DNA from: Chrysomallon squamiferum
Lineage: Eukaryota > Animalia > Mollusca
DNA: 64,000 nt
Direction: 5' to 3'
NCBI GenBank assembly: GCA_012295275.1
Contig: CM022674.1
Location: forward strand, 16,182,001-16,246,000
The notes beneath the pieces were generated by a model, which was given only the letters and a program-made list of their open reading frames with translations, was not told the DNA's origin and made no database searches. Below, in pieces: positions 26,900-47,565 of this stretch (positions are counted from its first letter, which is position 1; every line of letters starts with the position of its first letter). A program made the position numbers and the translations under genes.

Positions 26900-29400
26900 T
26901 TCTCATCTTTGACCTGCACGTTTGTTATTGCTGCGAGGTTATATGGATTTCTATTTATACGTTTTGTTGTACGCTGACCCGGTGTCAGCAAGGCCCTTGC
27001 TACGTTTTGTACATGATGTGATGCTGTTATATAATTTGCGAAAAATTAATTTGGATCATCATCCGCACTCGATGATGGTCATTTCTGGCACTGTCTGACT
27101 GATGTTCAACCCCATTCAAAAGCACCTTTTTATATCCTTCCATCTTGATCCAGCATTTCAGTGACTCTGTACATTTAACTTCTCAGTGGTCTTGACTCTT
27201 TTTCCTGTCCTGGAGGTTTCAGTTCCTCAGCTATAAAAGAGAATCAATAAGCTGTGATATGATGTTATAACTTCCATAATTTCATTAAACTGTTCAACTA
27301 TGACAGTTGCCTAAGTGACTTTTCTTCCATCACTCTGGAAAACTTTTCTGATTGTTTGTAGAACGTCTGTATGAGTAGCAGCATTTGTCAAAGCAGCTTC
27401 CATTTAAGTAGACGTCTTTCCTTGAAATGTCTTCCTGAATAGATCACAGACATTTTTATTGTGTGGCGCTGAACAATATTTCACATCGAAATTAAATGCT
27501 GCCAGCTGAGACACCCGTCTCTGCTCCTAATTTTACGGTACTGAGATGACTTTATGGATTGTTCTCTTGATATAGGGTGAATTTATGTCAAAGAAGATAA
27601 TCTTTAAACTGTTCAGTCACAACCCAATTCAGAGCAGCAAGCTCTAACTTCATGAAACTGCAATTATTCATGCTCTTCTCAGTGTGTCTTAACAAACGGC
27701 TTGCAGCTGCAGTCACTTTGCTTTGCCCCTTCTTCTCCTGTGACTCTACCCGTCCAGGGCTTTGAAAAAATGCATCAGTTTCCAGAATAAACGGTTCACC
27801 GATTTGAGCTGAATATAACTTTTTTCTTTAATGTTTCGAAACCTTGTTGACAACTCTCATGCCAAGCACTGTTTAACAATGATTGATTTTTCTTATCTCG
27901 TAACCTGTTCGCCAAAGAATTCAAAGGTCTTGCAATATGTAAGCATCCTTTAACATGTCGTCTATAGTAACTGGTAAACCCGAAAAACAACATGAAGTCC
28001 TTTGCTGTCTTTGGAATTTTCCACTCAGCAACTGCTTTTATTTTGTCTGGATCTGTAGCTACCCCATCTCTAGATACCATATGTCCTCGATATTTCATTT
28101 CTTTCATAAGTAAACAGAATTTGGTTGGTTTCAGTTTGAACCCATGCTGTTTTAATATTATAATACCTGTGTTTGTCTCTGTATGTCCAAATCAAATAAA
28201 TTTACAGAAAGTACAGGAACATCTAAAATGTCAGCTCTCTGAAGTAATGTTTCAGGAGAGTTTGAAATGTGGCTGGTGCTGTTGGTAAACCAAAAGGTAT
28301 TTGACTGTATCAAAACAAACTCATTGGAGTCGTGAAAACTGTGTTGTCCTTGTCTTTATCCTGAACTGCAACCTGGTTGTATCCATTGGCCATATCCAAT
28401 AGAGTGGTTTTCAGCAGCCTGTGTGTAGTCCATACACAAACGAATTGTGCTGTCCATTTTTCTCACTATAAGAACAGGAGATGCATATGGGCTTTGGCTA
28501 GGTCGAATTACATTTTGTTTTATATATTTCTTGATGCGCCCTTGAACTTCCTGATACTCAATGGATGAAATTCTTCAGTATGTGTGTGCGTATGTGATTT
28601 CTTACTGTGTCAGAAAAGCCCAAATCAAGGCCATCTTTAGCAAATACATCAGATTATTCAGACTGAATCTAAGACACTTTTCGTCTATTAGACTGTCTGT
28701 AGACTAGTTCTCCAGCTCTGATGTTGAGGCCTGTTAGTCAATTTCCTTAAGACATCCTTACCAAGGTCTTCAGCAAACACTTCTCCACATTCGCTAATAA
28801 CATTCATCCTTAATATACATGCTACTTGTTCCCTCCGTAGACGTGGGGTTCGTTTTTGTGTCTGTTCACAGCAAAGATTCCTCTATCAGGAACTAAACTG
28901 CCTTGTTCTTCGATGTTCAAGTTAATATATTCATTGAAGGAAATATCCTGTCCGCTGGCAGCCTTAAGCGAGAGCCATCCTTGTTTTGTAAGGAGTTCAG
29001 TATACACAGTGGAGCAACGTTATTGTGTAAGAAATCCTCGTTTACTACTGACCCAGTATTTAACAAAATCAACTTGCACACCTACGACGAGCAGTTGAAC
29101 TATAGGACAGTCAGAAACAGTTCTGCTAAATTTTCTCCTGGAAACAGTATGAGGCTGCGTTTTTTCTGTACACTCTAGACAATAACAGAATCATCTCAGT
29201 GATTCATCTTCCTTCTGTGATCGTCCAAAAAAAATTCTGAAATTAATGCACTGATGATCTAACTTTAAACATCTTTTGCAAAATCTGGTAAACCACTTCT
29301 GGGTTTTCTTGGTCTTATTGTGATCTCAACCTAATTTCTTTTTTCGCTTTCAGCTTCAAAGTGAGCTGATATAAAACTCGTCTGCTCCTTTTCTGTAAGT
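26900..29400 (-). mobile_element. Decayed Ty3/Gypsy LTR-retrotransposon pol region
   Basis: RT C-terminus GHMVSRDGVATDPDKIKAVAEWKIPK..FFGFTSYYRR (27796-28107); RNase H ETDA and KLELAAL..VVTEQFKDYL; protease-like LLNTGS near 29060; many stops; LTRs not identified. Confidence 0.85.
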
Positions 29401-29537
29401 ATTGTTTTGAAGTTTTAAAAGGGATCCAGGTTACAATTTGTTGATTGTAAGTAATTTTTCATTTTGTTTAATAATCTGAGCGTATGTTCTACACAGATCT
29501 TCTTTATTATCTCTGTTCTTCTTTAAATTCGATTTGA

Positions 29538-29583
<46 letters not shown>

Positions 29584-29613
29584 TATTATTTATTATTTCA
29601 AAGCTCGATAACA

Positions 29614-36589
<6,976 letters not shown>

Positions 36590-37830
36590 TAATGGCTGCT
36601 GTTCGGTAAGCGTAGCATTTATTTACTTTATGTATTGAATTTAAAGAAGGAAAATATAGATTTCAGATGGAAACTTATTTTATTTTTTAATCTGTACGCT
36701 TTCATTTTCAGTTATTTTATTTTGTTGCATTTACTTACTGTAATTTTTATCATTAAAAACAAGGAACTGTTTAATGTTTCGTTCAGGAAAAAAAGAATTC
36801 AATCCATAAGTGTTAACAGCGTTTTAATATAATCTTAAAGTTAGTGAGACACACTGAAAGTGACTAAGCTGCTGATTAACAGCAACAGTTTTATGTGCAT
36901 CTTTCCATAGACAGAAAAGCACAAACCACAACCTTTTATAAACACACTGATTAGTATTAATGCAGTCATTCAGCGAAACAGAACTCAAAGCTACCTCACG
37001 TTTTTGGTTCATTTATTAAAATATTATTTTCTATAACTAATTGTTTGAACATAGTTAATTAATAATTACATATTCTGTTATAAGTGACATTTGCCAATTT
37101 TTTGTTTGTTTTTGTTTTAAAGCAAACTCTGGGGTTCACTGATAGTATGAAAATAAGGTCAGGAGGGTTAAATGCCCCAGTGTTAATAATACTAATAAAA
37201 GATTATTATAAAAGTAAATACTGGGGTGATAGTAGGTGTTTCAGGGTCTCTGTTGTGGTGTTTAGACATGAAACAGCCATGGATCACATTTAAATAATAA
37301 ACAATAAACTGTAGACAGTTTCAAACATTATTATTTTGCTTTTCGAAAACAACTAAACTAAAGGTATCAAATGTGTGTGTTTTATTTTTTGTTTTGTTTC
37401 TCTCTGAAAATCACTTTATGTACCTTGATTGAATTCGGTCAGTACACTTTTCCAGTTACAGCATTTTGTTGTTAATGCTTGTTTTAAAGAAATTAATTGG
37501 ATAAATGAAAAAAAAAAAAATACAAGGAAAAAAAGTCTTTAGTAATTATTTTGGGCATAATCTATCTAGAATGGGAAAAAGCATTTTCTAATTAACATTT
37601 TATATATTTTTTTTTCAATTTAGTATTTGTTGGGTATAGAAATTTACACTACCTTTTAATGTTAAGTTCAGAAAATAGTTAAATTGTGGTATAATAAGAA
37701 ATTGTTTTAAAACAAAACAATTCGCTAAATATTATTTATTGTTGATTAATAATCAAGAATCTACATTATGTTAATATAAATGCATATAAAGAAATTATTT
37801 CATTTATTTATTTAAAATTATCGATTGGCT

Positions 37831-37872
<42 letters not shown>

Positions 37873-37895
37873 GCATTACTCTTGTGTGTGTGTTG

Positions 37896-37928
<33 letters not shown>

Positions 37929-38733
37929 AATAATAATGTGACCAATAGACTTTGACCAAACCATCTCTGTAAATTATGACACATTTCTTTAACATATTTT
38001 ACATGACTTTTACATTGTAATATAATTATTTGAGCATTATGTTAAGATGTAATCCTTTGTGAATCCTAGTGACTCATTCACCCCATAATGTAGTCCTTTG
38101 TGTATCCTACTGACCCATACACCCTTTTCAATTTAGTTCTTACCATATCCTACATGCCTACTATACCTCTGTAATTTACCCTCTACAACCTTGTAATATA
38201 AACCTGTCTACAGTAAAGTCAAGGCATAACTCATCTACTTGTGAGTATAAATTTGAAACACCCATATGAAATATGAAACAAAAAAAAGAAATCTGTTTTA
38301 TTGTATTTTTCGTTGCAGCAGACGAAACAAATCCTTCCGCACCAGAAAGAAAATAAACAAAAATATCTTAACTGCAGATTACAGCCCTGCAGGTAAAACA
38401 GTTCACTGACGCCATACCTACTCTTGTTATCATAAACAAAATAATATTATTCATTATCTTTAGTAAAACATATATTAAATATGCATTTTTATGACAAATA
38501 TTGAGAGTATAGAATATTATAGTATAGTATACTATAGTATAGTATAGTACAGTATAGTAGTATAATATGGTATAGTATAGTATAGTACTATATATAGTAT
38601 TGTATATCATAGTATTTATCTTTAACAATAAGTCTCAAAATACAGGGTCCTCCTATGCTATAGTTAACCCTGGGAAAGTTTCCAGTATTCTTGTGTGTTA
38701 AGATGTCCCTAACCTAAAACATCAAAACGGTTG

Positions 38734-38777
<44 letters not shown>

Positions 38778-38879
38778 TAAAAAGAAAATTAGAGTCAAAC
38801 AGCGTTTTTAAAAAAAAAAAAAAATAATCCGAGAATCACAAATCGCTTTTGTTTTAGTAGCAGTATCTGTTGAAGATGA

Positions 38880-39450
38880 ATTTCAAGAAGCTGAACTTGA
38901 TGGTGTGTTGGAAATGAAACTGTGAAATGTAGGTTTCCTGTTCAGGAGTATTTACTGTAGAAATGAGATCTGTGAAATGTTGGTGTTGTGCTGGAAGTTT
39001 TTGCTGTAGAAGCTTAACTCTGAAATACTGGTGAAGTCTTGGAAGTGTTTGCTGTAGAAGTAGATCTACGAAATCTTAGTGTTGTGTTGGGAGTGTTTGC
39101 TGTAGAAGTAGATCTATGTAATGTTAGTGTTTGCTGTAGAAGCTGAAAACCGAAATACTGGTGAAGTGTTGGAAGTGTTTGCTGTAGAAGCTGAAAACCG
39201 AAATACTGGTGAAGTGTTGGAAGTGTTTACTGAAGAAGCAGAACTGTGGAATCTTTGTGTTGCGTTGGAAGTATTTCCTGCAGAAGCTGAACTCTGAAAC
39301 ACTGGTGAAGTGTTGGAAGTATTTCCTGCAGAAGCTGAACTCTGAAACACTGGTGAAGTGTTGGAAATATTTACTGCAGAAGCTGAACTCTGAAAATACT
39401 GGTGAATTGTTGGAAGTGTTTACTGAAGAAGTAGAACTGTGAAATGGTTG
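38880..39450 (-). repeat. 48-bp minisatellite, about 12 copies, encoding Ser/Thr-rich SSASAGNTSNTSPVFQ-like units on the minus strand
   Basis: Unit 'tgaagtgttggaagtatttcctgcagaagctgaactctgaaacactgg' repeated with variants. Confidence 0.85.
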
Positions 39451-39627
39451 TTGAATGCTGGCTGTTCTGTTAACTGAAGTGTGCATTTGAATATTTCTGG
39501 TAGGAGTAGATGCGTATAAAATAGGTACTGAAGTGCTCGACGAAGACAATTCTGGGCTTTGTCTTCACAGAATATTCAAGAAGAAACACTGGGTAACTCT
39601 GTGAAGTGTCAAAGATTACAAAATTGA

Positions 39628-39827
39628 NNNNNNNNNNNNNNNNNNNNNNNNNNNNNNNNNNNNNNNNNNNNNNNNNNNNNNNNNNNNNNNNNNNNNNNNN
39701 NNNNNNNNNNNNNNNNNNNNNNNNNNNNNNNNNNNNNNNNNNNNNNNNNNNNNNNNNNNNNNNNNNNNNNNNNNNNNNNNNNNNNNNNNNNNNNNNNNNN
39801 NNNNNNNNNNNNNNNNNNNNNNNNNNN
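39628..39827. other. Assembly gap (200 N)
   Basis: Run of N. Confidence 1.
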
Positions 39828-40946
39828 TTGTTGCTACTTTTCAGTTACGTATGTGAGAGATAGATTATTTTTTTAATAAATTGTTCTGTGGTACTAAATT
39901 TTTATTATTTTTATAATTTTAGATATATAATGTAATATAGTCTATTTCTTACTGTTATTGCCATACAAAAGAAAATATGTGCATTTTTCTTTTATTAATT
40001 AAAAGATACATTCATATAATGTTTACATTTCGCTAAATTATCATTAGAAAATACTAACAAAATGTCAAAAGCAAATGTAAATCTTCATTGATCTAATAGT
40101 TTTTACATATAGCTTTAATAATTACAAAATAGTGAATAATAAAGTAAATGTCAGTTTTAAGTAGGAACATTTAATAATTGTGAAATAGTGAATAAATAAA
40201 ATAAATGTGATTTTAAATCAGAAACATTTTTGGTTAATGTTTACATTTATCTGTTTGACACTGAACTGTAAGTGTGGATTTAAACTGATTTAATTTGAGT
40301 TAAATTTTAATACTGTCTTTATTTTATTTGTCAATAAGTTGTATCAAACAAGATTTTGTTTTTATTTGTTTTTAATTTAATTAATTTATTTATTTATTTA
40401 TTTATTATTATTATTATTCTTTTGGTGATTAGTTATTTTTATTAAAAACAATTTTTAGTAATATATTTGACTTATACTGAATGATTGTCTTGTATAAATA
40501 TGATTGTTTCCTTCAGGAAATTATTTTCTATTAACAATGATTTATTTTTATTGTGTTTATTATAATTATAATTATTATTATTATTATTATTATTGTTATT
40601 ATTACAGCTTTATAATTGTTTATTTTTAATTTACTTGTTTGTTTTTCAGTGATGCAAAACAGAAAGTATTGTCTAATTTGCTAACCTTTGCTGGTTATGT
40701 CACTATTACATAAACTTTATGAAATGTGTCAGTTTATGTACTGTCTTTCATACACTGATACATTTTTTGTTTTGATATATATATATATATATATTGTTTA
40801 TAATACTTGGTTATTGTATTCAATTAATAATTTCCATACATTTATTTTATCTTCATACACTGTATAAGAAGAAAAATATTTATTATTATATTTTTTTTTT
40901 TCATATATTTTTATATATTGTTTTTATTTTTTTATTTTTTTATTTA

Positions 40947-41006
<60 letters not shown>

Positions 41007-42176
41007 AGCTTTATAATGATTTACTTTTAATTTACTTGTTTGTTTTTCAGTGATGGAAAACAGAAAGTATTGTCTAATGTGCTAACCTTTGCTGCTTATG
41101 CCACTGTTACATAAACTGTATGAAATGTGTCAGTTTATGTATTGTTTTTAATACACTGATACATTTTTTTCGGGGGGGATATATATATTGTTTATAATAC
41201 TTTTATTTTATCTTCATACACTGGATAAGAGTGAGAAAGTCTTTTCTCTTTTTTCAAAAAAATATATTTATATATTCATTTGTTTATTTATATTATTATC
41301 ATTATTATTAATTGGGAATATATTTATTTATTTTTACTTCTATGTATTTAATCATTAGAAGATGCTTATTGAATTTGAATAGCCAATACTTGTATATATT
41401 TTTAATTACACTGATTCTTTTTTTCTTATTTAATTTGCATGATAGAATGTTTTTACTATCTTTATTTTGTGTATCAACTAACTTTAGTTCAATCTACAAC
41501 TTACATTTTTTATTAATTAACTGTTTCTTTAATTAATGGATGAAAATGGACAAATGGTGATGGTCTATCACTTGTTACACATCCCATTTGTTGCGTACCT
41601 AGTAGTTACAGCTAAAGACTAATTAAGTCAATTCCAGTAATATTAGTGTAATAGTTACAGTGCTTTTCATTTGAATTTGTTACTGAATACAATGATAATA
41701 AAGAATAAAAAATAAAATCTTTATATACAGTAATAATAATAATAATAGAAAGAAGGAAAGAAAAAATCTTAGGAAAATATCTTCTAGTACAGAAAAGTAA
41801 AAATCCTTATTTTTATATAGTTAATATATATATATATATATATATATGTGTGTTACATATTTTGTTTGTTCTGTATATATAGTTGGACCTTTCATTGCTG
41901 CTGACTCGCTTATGAGATTGTTTTATGATAAAGTGCCACAACAAGTTTTCTCTAGAATTTTTACAATGATAATGAGAATGACATTGATAACGACATCATT
42001 TTCATAAACTGTAGGATTACCATACAGAGAAGAAGGTATTACAGATATATAATAACAAAATTAAAATGCACATGCGTGGATATTTAACATGGATGAAATA
42101 ACTCTCATATATAGTTCTTATTAAAACACAGCTTTTTTAATACAAATATATTTTTTACTGTTAAACAAATTATTAT

Positions 42177-43060
42177 ACGAAATTATGTTTGGATGTGTAT
42201 ATCTGGTATATCTGTTCTTGCATTTAATAATATAAGATCATTACATTCAAATATATAGTGATACTCATCTCCAATTTTGTTAACATTACAAATATGACAT
42301 TTTCTGTTTCTAGTTAATATCAGACCATCGTCCGGTTTCAATAGGAAATTTAGCGATCGCGGTTCCAAATTTACATAAGACATTAGCATTCTTTTGAGGC
42401 AGAAAAGTAAGACAGTTTTGTAATTTCAGTTCATTTATAATTTTTGTTTATAATTAATACCTTTTGGAGACGTTTTAACTTGTTTTCTCCATAATTGTTG
42501 ATATTGATCATGTAATATTTTGGATATCGTTTCACGTAATTATTTAACCTTATCAAAGATGTGATATGTTAAACATCAATCATCTAAAATATTTTTTTAC
42601 AAATTTGTTCCAAAAAGAATCGATAGCATGTATTAAATAATATAGTTGTGTGGAAATCTTGTTTTGGGTTTTGCAAATTAGGTTCCTTGAAAAGGTTATC
42701 ATTCTTACTTTTATAGAAATACAAAGGGATACCGTCCTAGATCACCATAGATCATAAAACCAGGGAGACGTTTATTAACATTTAGTAAATACTTACAAAC
42801 ATTTTACAGTCTTTCTATTAGTTGTATATTTGTAAAACCCCATATTTCACAACCATACAATAAATCAAATATTCAGTGGATCAAGATATTATTCTGACGA
42901 CTTTTAGCTATTAGGCTAAACATAGCTGAATTGGTGTTGACTGATAAAATGCTGCAGATGAACATTTAAGGTCATTTGACGTTTGTGTATTTTGACATCT
43001 TCAGTATGATCTCTTCTTGATCAGCTTGGCTACTGATTACCTTTAATTTCTCTCCACTTA
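42177..43060 (-). mobile_element. Paralogous LINE remnant, more deleted than 15120-16780
   Basis: RNRKCHICNVNKIGDEYHYIFEC (42183-42389 ORF); aligns with 15120-15890, then skips to the 16640 equivalent. Confidence 0.75.
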
Positions 43061-44814
43061 TATTTTCACTCTTATTTGTTTTCTCTTTTTACCTTTTCTC
43101 ATTTCGAGGTTGCATACTCACGTATCTTTAGTAATAATTTACACTGATAAAATGGATAAAATCCCTTTAATACTAATAAACATTATATATTTTCACAGAG
43201 AGATAAGAGACACGACTTTCATTTCCACAAGATGCTTTTGTTTCCACTTTCAGGAACAGGAAATCAGATTAACAAAATACTTGGGCTGATTGGATGTGCA
43301 AGTCACGTGATAGTGCGGTTGTATTAAGCTGTTGTTTTTATTGGGATTAGCGACGTGGGAAATAACTAACGTTCCAGTATCACCAGTAATTTAACTGCTT
43401 TGTTTAAACTTTGCTGTTTTTTTGTTTTGACTTCTGGTAAATCGTAATAGGGATCAATTGCTTAATTATTTCCTAAGCTGATTGTGCAACAGCTGCAAAG
43501 ATGAATCCATTATTGTATACCAGATAGAGAACATCTGTTAACCAGTTAATTCGACCATGACCTTTCTTTGTTTGTGTAACAAAAGTGAGAGTATCCATAA
43601 AAGTAAACCTTGATTTTATTATTTTGAATACTAAATGAGAAATATAATAATTGTTATTAATGTGTGTGTGTGTGTGTGTGTGTCTGTTTGTGTTTGTGTG
43701 TGTGACCAAAATAACTTAGTTAAATCAGTAAATACTAAATTTGAATGTTGTTGAAATATATTAATTTAGAGTTTAATGTTTCACTACTATCTGTTAGAGT
43801 TTTGTATTATTTCAATATAATGGTAATTATTAATACGGAGTGTATTGTAATGCTGTTGATAATTATCCTAATAAATGTTTTATAAAATGTAATTACTTTT
43901 TGTTCTTTATTAGATGAGCTATATTTCTTGTATTCAAGAAAAACACACTACAGTGGAATAATGCATTGTACGAGTTCTTGTGACTCCTCTGACATCCACT
44001 AGTGACATAGTGTTTGTAAGGGAGACAGCAGTCTGCTCTTTAATATGTAACCTTCAGAATTATATAAGCTAAGTGTGACGGAGAAAGAAGTATCCTGTTT
44101 AATATGTAATAGATGTTAGATTTTTCTTAAAACTTGTGTAAGCTATGGTGAGGTGTTGCTTTGGGGAACCTTGGCACCTGTGTCTGCTAAAGTTCCAACC
44201 AGTCGCGACTCCATCTGAGACATCTATGTTAAAAGACCCGCTATGTGGTCTTTCCTAGGTAATAAAAGCAGAGATCGTGTTTTGTTTGGGGCAGTCAGTT
44301 TTTACACCGTACAGAACAGACGTGTGGCTAACCCTCAGATGGACAGTTACATATATCCAGCTGACTCAGATAACTATAAATTTTTAAGACTCTGTTTGAG
44401 GAACTGAAAGGTAGTTTGATGTGGTTTCTAACAAATATCATTTAACTATAGATAGTTAGAAGTAGTATAATCATCAAAGTAAACTATAGTTATTATTTCT
44501 AAAACAGCGGGTGAGAATAGCGGGACATCTGATCATCTTGCTAAGTAGTAGGTTATTTTCATATACTTGCATATTCAAATACATCTTCGGGTGTCCTATT
44601 TTACCTTGAGGGATAAACATATTTAATATCCCCCGTATGTTTACTGATGTGGTGAGAGTCATTTTGTGAAACAAGGTACTTTTCAGCAAGGACCCAAAAA
44701 TAAAATTGAAACGAGAAACAATACCATTAAAATAAAGAACGTATCCAATCTAGTGCATGATCACAGCTGTGAATGTGAGAGAAATGTAAGAAATGGTGAT
44801 ATAGACGTCACTGA

Positions 44815-45690
44815 TACAGGATTCATATGGAGACCTATAAAATATGTTGGCAACACCTGCTGCTTTAATGCAGTGATGGAAGCCCTAGCAGCAAGCGATT
44901 TGTATGGTTAATTCTTTATGAAAATAAATGTGAACCTGCAACTGTATATTCTGATACTTATGTAAAATTACGAGTTCAATTAGTAGAAGAAAGTGTACTG
45001 CAAATAAGGCAACATTTGAAAGATGAAAATAAACACTGCGAAGAAGTACCAGATGATATTTTACACAAAGCTGTATTAAATGTTGCTTACGCAATGGGAA
45101 CAAACATTAATGGTCAGCAAGATGCTTGTGAGTTTTTACTAAAATTATTGGCAATATACTGAAAGAGCTCAAAGTAATATGGTTTTATAACGTAAGTATA
45201 TTTATTTACATTGAAAATTAGGGAAAATAATTATGGGCATTTCATACGTGTCAACTTGATGCAATGGGTTACAGTTCTGTACAACAGTTATTTGATAATT
45301 TTCTTAAATCAAAGACAGTAGAAAAGATCTGGATATGCTCACATAATAAATATTTATTAAAGAACTTTTAGTTTCTTTCTCATCAACTGTTATTTTCACA
45401 ATTCACAGATTTTTATTTGAAGAGTGAATATACGAGAAAAAAAAATCAAATTATATTCAAGTTTCTCCCAATTTTTTCTTGAAAGGTAACGATCAGAGTA
45501 AAAATGCAGAAAAAGCAGAAACTAAATATCAGTTGAAGAGTTTGTTTGAAACCCTGAACATTTCTGCCACCAAAGTCACTATACCGCACTTATTGAACTT
45601 TGTGGTCAGTTTGTTTCATGTGATGATAATTCTGTCTTTTTCAACTGACAACTTTTATCATACATGCTACATGTTATTCCATCATTGAGT
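44815..45690 (+). pseudogene. Decayed intronless ubiquitin-specific protease (peptidase C19) domain
   Basis: Cys box PIKYVGNTCCFNAVMEAL; GQQDACEFLLKLL at ~45112; His-box-like SHYTAL at ~45575; DDNSV; terminal CYMLF. Order and spacing fit a USP; stops and frameshifts present. Confidence 0.7.
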
Positions 45691-46569
45691 AGACAAACAT
45701 CAACCATTATTTACTCAATCTGTTATTAATGCTTGGTGCATCAGCAGTGGTTTCAAAGATATAAAACGTGACATTCAGCTCTGTAAGAACATTTTTTCTA
45801 GTTCTGGACAATTCAACAAGGAAACAGAAAATGACATCAAATTATATATTTGGTACAAAATACAAAAATATGAAAGAATTTCAATGTTATATACCATGTG
45901 AACGTTTATATTTGTATTTAAACAATATATTTAAGATCAGTATTTTTGCTACACTTACTATTGCTGAGAAATCTGAAACACTTCTTTTAAAGTGTTATTC
46001 ATGCAAGGAATGTAATGAACAGTATGTATGTTCTGACACTTTTTCATTACTCAGGTGAATCTATTTTCTAATCAGGAAGTCACTAAACATATCATGGAGG
46101 CAAGTAACAACAGTGAACAGTACCTGGGTTTGAGTGAAGTCTCAGTAGTTTTCAGAGAAAAGATGAACATGTTATGAAAACACTTTTCTTGTGTTTACAA
46201 GCTTAAGTCTTTAACTCTTAATGTATCAGACTGTAGAAGTGTTAGACAAACAAGAAACGAACCGAATAACATGACACGACGTGAAGACTGCCAGAACTTG
46301 ATGGACCATCGTATAGGCTTAATTCATCTGTTGCAGAAAAGAATGGAAAATGAATTCTTGTTGTTGTGAAGTTCATAGTTTGGAAATTAAGAATTGTGAA
46401 ATGAAACCTGTAAATGACATAAACGTAACTGATTTACAAACATGCAGATCATTGTTATCATTTGACGACAAGAGTATAATAAACAGTGTATCATTAAAGA
46501 TGTTACATTTTAATATGAAAAAATGGAGTGAGACAAAGAAAGCGCGTGATTGATTAGAATCCAATAGCG

Positions 46570-46945
46570 ATGGAAACATTGGTATATTTTGTTAGCACTC
46601 AAACTGATGGTATAACTGTAAATGCGGATGTCATAAACCACACTCTTCTACATGATAGCTGCCTGAATAGCAGCCACAGTAATGTATTCTTGTCTGTACA
46701 ACAAAAACAACTGAAAAATCAACATATTCACGTGTTAGATTGTGGTTGGTTTGGTCAGAAGATATTTGTGAACGGTGATAATGATCCACCCATATGGACA
46801 TTTCACGTAATAGAAAGTAAAAGTAAAAGAATGTTTGGTTATGAATACGTTGTTGTTTCTTTGAATGAAAGAAACATTCACTGGAAAATAACCGTAACAG
46901 ACGTATCAAAAAAAAAGTACTGTACTACTGTGATTCATTTGGAGG
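46570..46945 (+). pseudogene. Ulp1/SENP-like (peptidase C48) SUMO-protease fragment; truncated paralog at ~20067-20290
   Basis: VNADVINHTL...IHVLDCGWF...YEYVVVSLNERNIHWKITVTDVSKK then, after a frameshift in an A-run, VLYYCDS; matches the C48 HW...D..K...YYDS pattern. The catalytic Cys region is not seen. Confidence 0.65.
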
Positions 46946-47531
46946 TAAAAACGATGAAGTTATTTTGCATATGTTCAGGTATTTAATGTCTTATGGAAAA
47001 CATCACATTGTGGTGTTTTGTTAATTACTCTGAAATGCCAGACTGATTGATAGCAGTAACTGTGGAGTATATGTTTGTTCTATAGCAAATGTTATTTTAA
47101 TTAATGAGTGTATTCCTAAATATCCAAATTTATTTTTATAGAAAAAAGAAACTGTTAAAGAAATACTGAATTATATTAACAAACAAAACAAATTTAAAAA
47201 AAAACAACAACAACAAAACAAAATAAAATATAATAAAATAAAATAAAATATAATAACAAAATAAATAAAATCAAATGAAAAAAAAAATGTTGTTTCGTTT
47301 TTTGAATGCATTTTGTCATAGAGGATGTACTGATGTATTATAAATAGCAGTAATAAAATAAATAAAATAAAATAACAAAACAAAAACCACAATAACAGTA
47401 GTAATAATACTAATATCAGTAACAATAACAAAAATAAAAACAATAGTAATAATATTAATAACAGTAAGTATATATATATATATAACAACAGCAGCAGCAA
47501 TAATAATAGCATAAAGAAAAGTAATTTTATA

Positions 47532-47565
<34 letters not shown>

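Noticed and set aside
40600-41230. Local ~400-bp tandem duplication in copy B (similar small ones at ~17350-17740 and ~31660-31900)
   Set aside because: Non-coding AT-rich local duplications with no sign of function.
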